From an uncultured Chloroflexia bacterium (lineage in GTDB: Bacteria > Chloroflexota > Anaerolineae > Anaerolineales > UBA4823): 64,000 bases of DNA. A program made the position numbers and the translations under genes. The DNA lies in NCBI GenBank assembly GCA_963744375.1, contig CAVUTH010000004.1:483-64482 (forward strand), given 5' to 3'. Below are positions 21,771 through 31,626 of the stretch, piece by piece; position 1 is the stretch's first letter; every line of letters starts with the position of its first letter. The notes beneath the pieces are model-generated. The model ran no database searches. It saw nothing but the letters and a program-made list of their open reading frames with translations, and was not told the DNA's origin.

Positions 21771-22283
21771 ATGAATATCAGAGCACGTTTGCTGACTTCG
21801 AGTTTTCTCATGGTGATGCTCCTGATGCTGGTCATCTCGTCAGCCAATGCCGGAGCGTCAAAAACTTACTTTAATGGCAGCGAGACCCCAACGGCGGTCA
21901 TATTACCCGGCGTGGAGACTTTTCCAGATGGCAGGTATCATCTGCGGGGGGAAGTGGATACCTTTGCTTTCACGGCTGACGATCCTCGCCTGGACAATGC
22001 GGAAAACCGGGTAACAATCAATTGGAATTTCAAATGGATGCCAGAGCCGGTTTTTGTCTCGGGGCAGATGTGGGGCACTTTTATCCTTTCCAATGCCGGC
22101 GGATACTGGGAAGGTAATTGGACCGGCTTGCGGGATGAAAACGGTTACTCCTACTTCCATTTTGTCGGCTCTGGTTTTGGAGGTTATCAGGGGATGCAGC
22201 TGCGCATGTGGGGTGAACGATTAGATCCCGACCCAACAGTACCAGAAATATGCCAGGGCTATATCCTTGAGCCAGCAAGATAG
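21771..22283 (+). CDS. Secreted hypothetical protein (170 aa)
   Basis: AAGGAG lies upstream of the ATG. Signal peptide is MNIRARLLTSSFLMVMLLMLVISSANA. No family recognised. Confidence 0.6.
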   Translation: MNIRARLLTSSFLMVMLLMLVISSANAGASKTYFNGSETPTAVILPGVETFPDGRYHLRGEVDTFAFTADDPRLDNAENRVTINWNFKWMPEPVFVSGQMWGTFILSNAGGYWEGNWTGLRDENGYSYFHFVGSGFGGYQGMQLRMWGERLDPDPTVPEICQGYILEPAR

Positions 22284-22305
22284 CAGCATCCCCGGCTGGA
22301 ATTTA

Positions 22306-22800
22306 TTACCACAGCCAGCGGCTGCGATCGCCGAAGCGCTTTAGCAAAAATGCATCAATGCCCAGCGCCCGGCCGGCCTGGGTGAAAAAGACGACGACCA
22401 GGATACCGATGGGCAGGATGTAGGACCAGGGCCAATCGTGCCCCAGCGAAGCGAGGAAGGTGTTTAGCAGAAAGAAAATTCCAGCCAGGCTGACGAGCGG
22501 CGTGAAGAAACCGAGCAACAAAGCCATGCTCAGCACGCCCTCGGCAACCAGCTGGAAGGGGGCGAAGACACCCCGGATGGGCAGGATGACATTGCTGATG
22601 AATGCCCCGTAGAAGGGCAGCGGGTTTTCCGCGGGGGGGTAATATTCAGTGAAGAATTGCTCCAGTCCATCTGGGGTGTAATAACCGTTCAGCAAGTTAT
22701 TTCCCCAGGTGGTTAAGAACATCAGCCCGACCAGGATGCGCAGCCCGGCAACCCAGGTTAAGGAAACCTGCCACGCCTCTTTTTTGCTCGCTGATTTCAT
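22306..22800 (-). CDS. DoxX-family membrane protein
   Basis: GGAGG lies 8 nt upstream of ATG 22800 (MKSASKKEAWQVSLTWVAGLRILVGLMFLTTW...). The protein has four hydrophobic helices. The longer ORF to 22926 has no RBS. Confidence 0.65.
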   Translation of the reverse strand: MKSASKKEAWQVSLTWVAGLRILVGLMFLTTWGNNLLNGYYTPDGLEQFFTEYYPPAENPLPFYGAFISNVILPIRGVFAPFQLVAEGVLSMALLLGFFTPLVSLAGIFFLLNTFLASLGHDWPWSYILPIGILVVVFFTQAGRALGIDAFLLKRFGDRSRWLW

Positions 22801-22929
22801 CGAAAAAACCTCCCATTGCGCCACATAATGACTGATTTTTGGTGCACCGGCGAAATCGAAGTAAAATCCGTCCTGAGCTGGTTTTTCTCCTCGTTTTCGC
22901 AGCAGTGTTGAGAAATTATATTCCATTTA

Positions 22930-24185
22930 TTGATGGGCGACATTCTTCTGAATCGGACTAATGAGAATACCCGGGCGCGTGCCTGGCTCGACCGGGCCTG
23001 GCTGGTATTTGCGCTGTGCATCCTGCTCGCTCTCGGTACATGGGTTGCCAGTGGCCAGGCCTGCCGTTACCTGGCTACCGATTTCCGTGGCTACTACGCC
23101 GCCGGGTTGATCGCCCGGCAGGCAGGGCTGGCAGCGGTCTATGATCCTCGAATGCAGGGGGATACCCAGGCCGCGCTACTGCTGGACTGCCCGGACGGCA
23201 GTGCCACCTCGCCGCGTCTGCAGGTGCTGGTGCCTTACCTGCCTGTCTTAACCTGCTGTTCCTGCCCTTACCGGTGCTGGGATTTACCAGCGCATTTGCC
23301 GCCTGGAGCTTGATTGGCCTGCTGGTTTTCTTGCTGTATTTGATCCGATTCTCACTGGCTCTCGCTGGCAGGCTAGAGGTGCTCAGGCTGGCCCAATGGG
23401 CGCTGTGCTTCCCGGTGATGGCTAATGTATTCCTGGGGCAGATCAACTTCCTGCTGGTGATTGCCCTGGGCGAGTTCTTCCTGGCCTCCCGGCGGGGAAG
23501 GCCTTTCGTTGCAGGCCTGTGGCTGGCGGTTTTGCTGATCAAGCCGCATGTCTTGATCCTGCTGCTGCCTGGGCTGCTGCTCGCCCGGCGTTGGAAGACA
23601 CTGCTGGGGTTTGGGGTGGGCGGATTCGCCCTCTTGTTGGCATCCCTGCTGTTGGTGGGAACCTCCGGACTGCAGGCCGGCATGGCAGTGGTGCGCTCCT
23701 TTGCCGGAGAAACCTTCGCTTCGCTGCCGGAGATGATGAACGCCAGGGGGCTGGCTTTCAACCTGGAGCGTGTGCTCCCCTCCTGGATCGCCTGGGGACT
23801 GGCGGCTGCGCTGATGATCGCCACGGCGCTGGTGGTGCTCTCCCGCTGGCGGCGCTTCCCGCTGCCAGACCGATCCCTGTGGTTGATGCTGGCCACGCTG
23901 GCGGGGACCTGCGTGGCGGCCTGGCACGCCAACCTGTACCTGTGGGTGATGCTGGTCCCGTTCCTGCTGGCCCTGGATAGCCGGGGAGAACTGCCCCTGG
24001 CTTACCTGGCAGTCTGGGCTTTCGGGCCGGCGGTTGTATTTTTCGCGGTTTACCTGCTCAGCCCGGCGCTGGCCCAGCCGGCTCTGGCGATGGCGATGCT
24101 GGCGGCGAATATCGCCCTGGTGGTGGATGCGGGGCGCAGGATGGAAGGGGATTCGGGAAGCGTGTTTATTCGGCCAGCGGGATGA
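22930..24185 (+). CDS. GT87/DUF2029-like polytopic membrane glycosyltransferase; one frame change as assembled
   Basis: ORFs 22930..23313 and 23274..24185 join (VPYLP|LNLLFLPLPVLGFTSAF) at ~23240. The product has more than 10 TM helices and the layout typical of the mannosyltransferase-like GT87 family. Family assignment is from memory. Confidence 0.6.
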
Positions 24186-24495
24186 TCTGGCCTTCTCGCC
24201 GGGCGATTTCGATGATGGCGCTGGAGTCGTCGGTGGCAAATTGCAACCGGCCGACCGGAATGGGTTCAATCCGGCTATCTGTACGGGCTGCAACGTGCCA
24301 GAGCAGGTTGATATCGGCCCTTTTTCGATCTCCATCAAATCGAGGCGAGACGACCAGCAGGTCGATATCGCTCATTGGATTCGCCTCACCGCGGGCCTGC
24401 GAACCAAATACGACACCAAAGGATACCGGAATATCCTGCTGTTGCAGATTGGCAAGGTACTTTCGTACAATCAAAGTAATCAACTCGTCAACCAC
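24166..24495 (-). CDS. Minimal nucleotidyltransferase (MNT) domain protein, TA-antitoxin-like
   Basis: GSQARGEANPMSDIDLLVVS matches the GSxxRGxxxxxSDxDLLV pol-beta-type NTase motif. The protein is 109 aa with a GTG start. Confidence 0.8.
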   Translation of the reverse strand: MVDELITLIVRKYLANLQQQDIPVSFGVVFGSQARGEANPMSDIDLLVVSPRFDGDRKRADINLLWHVAARTDSRIEPIPVGRLQFATDDSSAIIEIARREGQIIPLAE

Positions 24496-24593
24496 CGATA
24501 AATCTCCTCAGCACGAACCAATTCGTTGGCTACTTGCCAGTCTTCCAGAGAACTATCACGCCAGTAAACAATTTGCTTATCGATGTCAAGCAT
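24480..24593 (-). pseudogene. 37-codon ORF resembling only the first helix of a HEPN protein, overlapping the MNT start (possible HEPN remnant)
   Basis: My translation of the minus strand is MLDIDKQIVYWRDSSLEDWQVANELVRAEEIYRWLTS*. The W..A.EDL..A..L pattern looks like a HEPN N-terminus, but the RX4-6H motif region is absent. Confidence 0.3.
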
Positions 24594-24689
24594 GCATCTA
24601 TTATACCTTTTGCCAGGCTGCAGTTCCTCGGTATTAAAAAGGTGTCCTCCCAAGTTCCAACCGCGATTTAGTTGTGCAGTGTGGATTAT

Positions 24690-25076
24690 TTAAGGAATGT
24701 GCTCGGAGAAACTTACAAGCCACCGGGCGATGTCCTCCAGCGAGACCAGGCGCCGGGCACATTGCAGTGTGAAAGCCTCCAACTGCTGGTTATTTGCAGT
24801 CAGGCGGTAGCCGTTGATCCCGAGGAATAAACCGGCGGAAGTGATGGCGGTGCGCTTGTTGCCATCCACAAAGGCGTGGTTGCCAACCAGGCTTTCCAGG
24901 AGGGCGGCTGCTTTCGAGAAGATATCGGGGTAAAGGTCCTGCCCGTTAAAAGTGGCTTGCGGCCGAGCGACTGCGGATAAGAGCAAGCCAAGGTCAAGTA
25001 CTCCATGCATGCCGCCAGTTTCTGAAATCAGGCGAGCGTGAATAAACAGCACCTGCTCGACAGACAGGTAGTTCAT
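24690..25076 (-). CDS. doc: Doc (death-on-curing) Fic-family toxin
   Basis: HAFVDGNKRTA is the Fic/Doc motif HxFx[DE]GNKR. The protein is 128 aa and lies 2 nt downstream of its antitoxin gene. Confidence 0.9.
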   Translation of the reverse strand: MNYLSVEQVLFIHARLISETGGMHGVLDLGLLLSAVARPQATFNGQDLYPDIFSKAAALLESLVGNHAFVDGNKRTAITSAGLFLGINGYRLTANNQQLEAFTLQCARRLVSLEDIARWLVSFSEHIP

Positions 25077-25078
25077 CC

Positions 25079-25360
25079 CTATTTGGCAAGTGCTTCCAAC
25101 GCAGGGCGGTATTGTTCGATGAATTCAGCCACCTGATGGGCAAATTCCTCATTCACACCTGCAATTGCATGAGGCATTTCCACAGGCTTGATGATCAGCT
25201 GGCGGTTCTCACGATCGAGATTCACTTCTATCTCTGTTCCCTCGTGGATATTGAGATACTCCATAGCCTCTCGAGGCAGGGAAATGACCACACTATTTCC
25301 GGTACGAAATACTTTGCGCAACAATTTTACCTCCGCGTGCTTACGCTGTAAGTATATCAT
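25079..25360 (-). CDS. AbrB/SpoVT (MazE/Phd-like) antitoxin partner of Doc
   Basis: FRTGNSVVISLPREAMEYLNIHEGTEIEV is a swapped-hairpin AbrB-type motif. The true start may be TTG at ~25324, which is preceded by GGAGG. Confidence 0.8.
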   Translation of the reverse strand: MIYLQRKHAEVKLLRKVFRTGNSVVISLPREAMEYLNIHEGTEIEVNLDRENRQLIIKPVEMPHAIAGVNEEFAHQVAEFIEQYRPALEALAK

Positions 25361-25398
25361 TTTCTGGAAATTATATCAAATTCGATTAAAATAATGGT

Positions 25399-25728
25399 AT
25401 GGAAGTTGACACAACTCCCCCGGTTTCTCTGCCAGTTAATATATCCAATCATAGGCTGGTTGGTTATTGCGAACGCTGGAAAATTGACGAGTTTGCCTTT
25501 TTTGGCTCGGTGCTGCGACCCGATTTCCGCCCGGACAGCGATATCGATGTGATGGTAGCATTCTCACCGGCTGCAAATTGGAGCTTGTTGGATCTCGTGC
25601 GCATGCAGCAAGAGCTTGAGGAAATCTTCGGCCGGCCTGTAGATCTTGTGGAGCGGGACACAATCCGCAACCCTTTCCGCAAGCAGCGGATCATGCAAAG
25701 CTACCAGGTGGTTTATGCCAGTGAGTGA
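25399..25728 (+). CDS. MntA-type nucleotidyltransferase antitoxin
   Basis: FFGSVLRPDFRPDSDIDVMVAF is the NTase motif. The gene overlaps the downstream DUF86 gene by 14 nt. Confidence 0.85.
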   Translation: MEVDTTPPVSLPVNISNHRLVGYCERWKIDEFAFFGSVLRPDFRPDSDIDVMVAFSPAANWSLLDLVRMQQELEEIFGRPVDLVERDTIRNPFRKQRIMQSYQVVYASE

Positions 25729-26065
25729 GAACGACCCCGCTTATCTTTGGGATATGCTGGAAGCGGCCAACCGGATTGTCCTTTTCACCAGGGGCGTGTC
25801 ATTCACGAAATACAGCCGCAATCTGATGATCCAGTCGGCGGTAGAACGCCAGCTCGAAATCCTGGGGGAAGCTGCCCGGCGGGTTTCAACGGCTTATCAA
25901 GACGAACACCCGGAAATCCCCTGGCGGCCGATCATTGGGTTGAGAAACGTCCTGGCGCACGAATACGGTGAAATTAAAGCGGACCGCATCTGGCTGATTG
26001 CGACCAGGGAAGTGGTCGAATTAATACGCTTGCTAAAGCCCTTAATCCCTCCGGTTGAAGAGTAA
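25715..26065 (+). CDS. HepT-type (DUF86/HEPN) toxin
   Basis: RNVLAHEYGEI matches the HEPN RX4HXY motif. The likely start is MPVSENDPAYLWDML at 25715, inside track ORF 25646..26065. Confidence 0.85.
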   Translation: MPVSENDPAYLWDMLEAANRIVLFTRGVSFTKYSRNLMIQSAVERQLEILGEAARRVSTAYQDEHPEIPWRPIIGLRNVLAHEYGEIKADRIWLIATREVVELIRLLKPLIPPVEE

Positions 26066-26134
26066 GAGCCAAGCAAGACCCCGAGGCCTTCTCAAGGTGC
26101 TCGGTGTTTGCGAATACTCCGTAACAGCAGAACC

Positions 26135-29100
26135 TTACGGCAGCCCGAACTGCTGGCGCTCGGCCTCGGTCAGCTCGCGGATGACGTAGTTTTCTTTAGC
26201 GTAATCGAGCAGCTCCTCCATGGACTGCCAGACGTTCCACACGCTGACCAACGTGTCAACGCCCATAATAGCCAGGTGCCGGCCGTCCGGTGACCACAAG
26301 GTACAGCCGCCATATACAACAGGCATGGAGATCACCAGCAACTCGTCGCCGGTGGTTGAATCCCAGACCCGTACCGTGCCGTCGTTACCGAAGGAGGCAA
26401 CTCGCCCACTGTCCGGTGACCAAGACCCGGGCCAGGAGGACTTGGTATGGCCGTGGAATGCCAGCAGCTCGTCCCCGGTCGCGCCATCCCAGATGCGGGC
26501 GGTGTTATCCTTCGCCCCTTGTTCATCGTTGCCGCCGGCGGTCAGCAACCGCGTGCCATCCGGAGACCAGGCGGCTGCACTAACATATGCAGGCGGCTCA
26601 TGCTGGACGGTGAAGAGCGGTTTCCATGTGTAGGCGTCCCACACATGGGCATTACTGTCATCGCTAGCGCCGGTGATCTTTGATCCATCCGGTGACCATT
26701 CGACGTAGTTGATCATCCACCCACCTGTCTTATGCGCCAACCTGGCGACCTGCTCGCCGGTCTGGTAATCCCAGATGATGACGCCGCCATCAAATAGCCC
26801 GGTAGCAACCTGGGTACCATCCGGCGACCAGGCTGCGGTGCGAACCAGGCTTTCACCGCCAGGTGTGAAGGTGCGGATGATTTCGCCGCTCTGGGCATCG
26901 AACACATAGGCGGTCACCAATCCGGAGAAATCGGGGAATCCTGGTAAGCCCAAGTACAGGATGGCCTGGTCATCCGGCGAGAAGTGGGCTTCCAGCCCCA
27001 TGAAATTGAGCGCATCCCCCAGGTTTTCCATAATCAACCGGTTGTTTTGCACGTCCCAGATGGCAAAGGAGGCCGGCTCGGTGGCATTAAAGGCATCTCC
27101 TCCCGCCACCGCCAGGTAGCGACTATCGCTGGACCAACCGGCGCCCTGCGCCGACCAGTCGCCGCCACGCTCTGCCTGGGGCGGGTACAGGCGCCAGGCG
27201 GTGCTGTGCGCAGCATTCCAGAGGCGAGCATATCCACTGCCGTCTCCGCTGGCCAGGCGGTCATCTACCGGTGACCATTTCAGGTCAGAGATGATGTCCT
27301 GGTGCCCGCGCAGGGTCTCCAGCAGCTTGCCGGTGGCGACTTCCCAGATATGTAGGCTGCCGTCCCCATGGCCGGTAAAAATCCGCACACCGTTAGGCGC
27401 CCAGGCCAGGCTGAAGATTTCCCCAGCGTTGGTGGTAATGCTGCTCGTCAGGGAGCCGTCCTCGACATCCCACATGCGCAGGATGCCATCCGCCCCGGCG
27501 GTAGCGATCCGATCGCCGTCCGGAGACCACAGCGCCAGGTTGACCCGCCCCTCGTGGCCCGATAGGGTGTAAAGCGCCTTTCCAGTCTGTGCATCCCAGA
27601 TGACCGCCGTGCCGTCCAGGCTGGCAGTAACAAGTTTTGTCTCGTCCGGCGACCAGTCCACGCTGCTGACGCCTTGGGTATGGCCGCTGAGAACCAGTTC
27701 GGGTTTTTGCCAGGGTACTCCTTCGCCCGTTCTTGGCGAGGCGGCGTCCCAGATCAGGGCAGTGTTGTCGCCGCCCAGGGTGGCCAGACGCCAGCTGCGT
27801 GGGGAAATCTCCATCGCCTGACCGGTCGGATAATTTATGAACGTGTTGCTCATGTCGCCGCTCTCCGGCTCGGCCTGATTGAGGATCTCGACGCTGGAGA
27901 GCAACTCACCGCTGGTGGCATCCCACAAGAGCAGGTCATAGTCCTGGCTGCCTAATGTGTAGCGGTCGCCGGTGAGCACCAGCAGGTGTTTCCCGTCCGG
28001 GGTCCACTGCACGTTGAGCGCCATGTCCACCTTGTTGCCGGTAATCCCCTTGGGCATCTCGATCACCCGGATCGTCTCTCCGGTGGCCGGATCCCAGATA
28101 TGCACATTGTTGTCGCTGCTGCCGGACGATGCTACTTTAGTGCCATCCGGCGACCAGGCCAGGCTGGTCACCGCACTCTGGTGAGCGGGGATCTGCAGCA
28201 GGGCGCGGCTGTAGGAAACGGCCTGCGCCCAGGGCATGCTCGGCCTGTGGGGTGTAAGGAAAGTTCTCCAGCGCGGTCAGCGCCAGCAGGACAGCCCGGT
28301 CGTGATAGCCGTTAGCCAGCTCGGTTTCGGCCTGGCCCGGCCAGCAGGACAGCTGCCTGGCGTTGTGAATTCTCGCGCTGGGTGAGGGCCTCCTGGCGCT
28401 GGACAAGAGCTTCCTGGCGTTGGAAGTATGCCAGCGTCCGCCAAGGCAATCGCCACCACCAGGCCGGCAGTCAATCCGATGACAGCCCACTGCCGCCGGC
28501 GCTGGCGCTCCTTCTGGTGCTTGATCTGCAAAGCCGCGCCGGCCTGGATATACTCCGTTTCAAGAGTGCTCAGCTCGCCGCCGCGCTCGGCCAGCCAGCT
28601 CTGCGCCACCGCCAGGGGCGCGCCGGCCAGCAGGGCGCCTTCGTCCTGGCCGCTCTCCTGCCACTGGCGCAGGTTGCTGCGCAGGCGCTCCTGCCACAGG
28701 CGGAAGGCCCGGTCGGAGCTCATCCACTCCCGGAAGCGGCCCCACTTCTGGATCAGGGCTTCGTGCACCACCTCGGCGGTCTCGTGCCCGGCAGCATCCC
28801 GCCCGGTCACCACCAGGCGCCGGTCGGCCAGGCGCTGGATCAGCTCCCAGCTCTCATCGCCCAACTCCTCACGCGTGGCGATGCGGCGGGTGTCTTCGGT
28901 GCCTTCGCCGGGCTGCACCAGCTGTACCAGGGCGCGGCGGGCGCGCTCCTGCTCGCTCTCGCTCCAGCTCGGCGTACACCTGGTCGGCGTAGGCCGCCAG
29001 GGCGCCTTCCACGCAGCCCATGGCTTCGTAATCGGCATGCGTCAGCCAGCCGTCGGTCTGGCGCTCCCACAGCTGGGTCAGGGTGAACTCCAGCAGCGGC

Positions 29101-30508
29101 AGGTTGCCGGGCTTCTCGCCCACGTCGTCCAGGATGCGCTCGACCAGGCCCGGCTCGAAAGCCGCCCCCTGCATCTCGGCCGGCTTCTCGATGGCCAGGC
29201 GCAGCTCCTCGCGGTTCATCGGTCCCATCAGCAGGGAGGCTTCCTGCAGGGCGTCCGCAAAGGGGCGGTGGGCCAGCGCCTGGCCCATGAAATCGGCGCG
29301 CAGGGTGAGCAGGATGACCGCCAGGGTACTCCCCGCCCGTACCTGGCGGTGCCGTCCTGGTCGCTGTGGCCGCTTCGACCGTCTCCAGCAGCTCGTCGAT
29401 GAAGGCTGTCTGCAGCTGGGCGTCGGGACACAGCGTGTAGAGCTCCTCGAACTGGTCGACCACCAGCAGCACCTGGCGGATGCCGGGTGAATTCTCCAGG
29501 ATGCGCTCGATCACCTGCGCCAGGGCGATTTCGCCGCTCGCCAGCCTCTCGGCCAGCTTGCGGGTCTCGGCCAGGCAGGTCGGTCTCGCTCAAGCCGGGC
29601 TCGAGCAGGGGCAGCAGCGCGCCCGCCAGGGAGTAGAAGGGCTGGCCGCCGGGGCGGAAGAGTGGCGAACTGGTAGCCGCCGGCCTTGCGCAGCCGGGGC
29701 AGCAGCCCGGCGAACAGGGCCGAGGACTTGCCCGAGCCGGACGAGCCGACGATCACCGCCACCAGCTGCTTCGCCCGGACGGCATGCTCCAGGGCGTCGA
29801 CAAAGATTCTCGCGGCCGAAGTAGAAGGGAGCGTCCGGTTCCTGGAAGGCGGACAGGCCGCGGTAAGGGCAGGCGCCTACTTTGCGCGGCCGGGCGGGCC
29901 GACTTCGGGCGGCAGGGCTTCCAGGGAGGTCAGGGGCGGGAACTCGGCCGGCAATCCTTCGATGGCCAGCTGGCAGATGCGCTCGGGGCGGTGGATGTCC
30001 TTGAGCAGGTGGCGGCCCAGGTCGAGCAGGGTCACGCCGGGGGGCAGCTCGTCGCGCACCAGGGCGGTGGTGGTCTCGGAGAGCAGCACCTGCCCGCCGT
30101 GGGCCACGTGGGCGATGCGCGCCGCCCGGTGGACATCCATGCCGACGTATCCTTCCTCGGCCACTCCAGGGCTCGCCGGTGTGGATGCCCATGCGCACCC
30201 GCACGGCGACGCCTTCCGGCCAGGCGTGCCCGGCCAACCGGCGCTGGGCTTCGGCACCTGCGCCGACCGCCTGGGTGGCGCGCGGCGAAAGCGACGAAGA
30301 AGGCGTCCCCCTGGGTGTCGACTTCGTGGCCGTTCCAGGCGGCAAAGACCTCGCGCAGGATCTGGCGCTGGTCGGCGAGCAGGGTCGCATAGCGCTCGCC
30401 GAGCGCCTTGAGCAGCTGGGTGGAGCCTTCGATATCGGTGAACAGGAAAGTGACCGTGCCTTCGGGCAGGTCGGGAAAAGGGATAGCGGCGTTCGGCTGG
30501 TCGGTCAT
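26135..30508 (-). pseudogene. Class III adenylate/guanylate cyclase - STAND (nSTAND-like) P-loop NTPase - single TM - 14x WD40 protein, ~1,457 codons; at least 12 frame changes in the 5' 2.3 kb as assembled, WD40 ORF 26135..28237 intact
   Basis: Cyclase motifs: FLFTDIEGST, DTQGDAFFVAF, RVRMGIHTGEP, GMDVHRAARIA (ORFs 30032..30508, 29590..30390, 29877..30257). NTPase motifs: CPYRGLSAFQEPDAPFYFGRE, Walker A VIVGSSGSGKSS (29511..29762), Walker B LLVVDQFEELY (28840..29514). The helical region lies in 28869..29288 and 28277..29038. The TM segment is KERQRRRQWAVIGLTAGLVVAIALA. Fourteen WSPDG...WD repeats follow and end LTEAERQQFGLP. Confidence 0.8.
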
Positions 30509-30694
30509 GATTTACCTCCCCTAGGTTGTATGCGGTCCCCCCGCAAGGTCCCAGCCAGGATTAGATTGTTGGTTCAGATGGTGACAGCGATGAGAAGCGT
30601 ATGTGTTGGTTTATTTATACAACAGGTCGAGTGGGATGTAAATAATCTGGACAAGTTTCACCACCTGTCCCATTTTTTAGATTAGAATATTGGT

Positions 30695-31033
30695 ATGGTA
30701 ATTGAGATTTCCAGTATTGCACTGCTGCCTGAGATAACCCAGAGGATCCTGAAGGTCAGTGACCCTGAGCAGATCATCCTTTTTGGCTCTTATGCCCGCG
30801 GAGATAATGGGCCTGATAGCGATCTCGATCTATTGGTTGTCTTGCGAGCGGTTCAGTCGACCCGGGCAGAGAGTAATCGTTTAAGGCGTGCCCTGCGCGG
30901 CCTGCTTGTCCCAGTTGATATCCTGGTTGCCACCCCTGAACAGCTTGAGCGTCATCGCAACACGGTGGGGTTGATCTACCGCACGGTTTTGTCTGAAGGC
31001 AAACTTGTCTATGAGCGACCCGAAGCCGCCTGA
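30695..31033 (+). CDS. Orphan minimal nucleotidyltransferase (MNT) domain protein
   Basis: ILFGSYARGDNGPDSDLDLLVV is the NTase motif. I found no intact HEPN partner downstream. Confidence 0.8.
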   Translation: MVIEISSIALLPEITQRILKVSDPEQIILFGSYARGDNGPDSDLDLLVVLRAVQSTRAESNRLRRALRGLLVPVDILVATPEQLERHRNTVGLIYRTVLSEGKLVYERPEAA

Positions 31034-31296
31034 AGTAACTCAATTGAGCTGGTCACGAAATCCACAAGGTACTTGTGTGCTAAAATTTGGTTATGAAACT
31101 TGCGCGAGTTATCAAGACTCATAGAGGTGCATGGCCGGAATATTGCTTGCTACAAAACGCAGCCACCAGCAGTATAAGCACGAATAAAGCGGTCGAGGGT
31201 TTGCTCATCGCCGGTCATCCGGCGATGACCTTTCCCCAGGACACATCGAACAGAAGTGCTTAACAGGATTAACTAAAGGTAATAATGGGGTAAAAC

Positions 31297-31446
31297 ATGT
31301 ATCGCATTCTTATCGTTATTGAAAAAGCATGGGGTAACTATTCGGCCTACTGCGCAGATTTACCGGGCTGTATCGCCACTGGAAAACACAGGATAAGCCC
31401 AGGCGAATGGGAGGCCGGTCACCGTCAGAAGCAAGGCGGGCTTTAG
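31297..31446 (+). pseudogene. HicB-like antitoxin N-terminal fragment (49 codons)
   Basis: My translation is MYRILIVIEKAWGNYSAYCADLPGCIATGKHRISPGEWEAGHRQKQGGL*. The start matches the HicB pattern (viek...gYsAy.PDLPGC.atG), then it diverges and terminates early. Confidence 0.4.
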
Positions 31447-31626
31447 AAGATCATCTCCCAGCCCTCCGGGGGTGATGTTGGCCTGGGTGGATCGCCGTAC
31501 CTGCCTAAGCTCAGAAATCCCCCCCAGCCGTAAGCCAGCTTATGAAAAAAATCATTTGAGTAAAAGACCTGATGGTAAGCCTGCCAGTCTGTTTGCTGCC
31601 ATCGATGATGCCGATGCTGTTGACGC

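Noticed and set aside
23373-24338. Long antisense or shadow ORFs. Examples: 23373..24338, 23075..23932, 17344..18231, 31981..32868, 34354..35223, 47728..48654, 58973..59875, 62925..63665, 44612..45379, 28382..29402 and 12726..13409.
   Set aside because: Each lies opposite, or out of frame to, a gene with clear family motifs. All are R/G/P/A/Q-rich with no motifs, RBS or domain signatures. They are high-GC artefacts.
28238-30508. The possibility that the many frame changes are programmed ribosomal frameshifts or true independent small genes.
   Set aside because: There are far too many of them (at least 12 in 2.3 kb). I noticed no slippery heptamers or downstream structures. Conserved motifs of a single multidomain protein continue seamlessly across each switch. 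The same behaviour is seen in rimO, miaB and the ABC genes.
31034-31296. A HEPN partner gene for the MNT at 30695..31033.
   Set aside because: My translation of all three forward frames gave only short ORFs (for example MSDPKPPEVTQLSWSRNPQGTCVLKFGYETCASYQDS*) with no HEPN helix pattern or RX4-6H motif.
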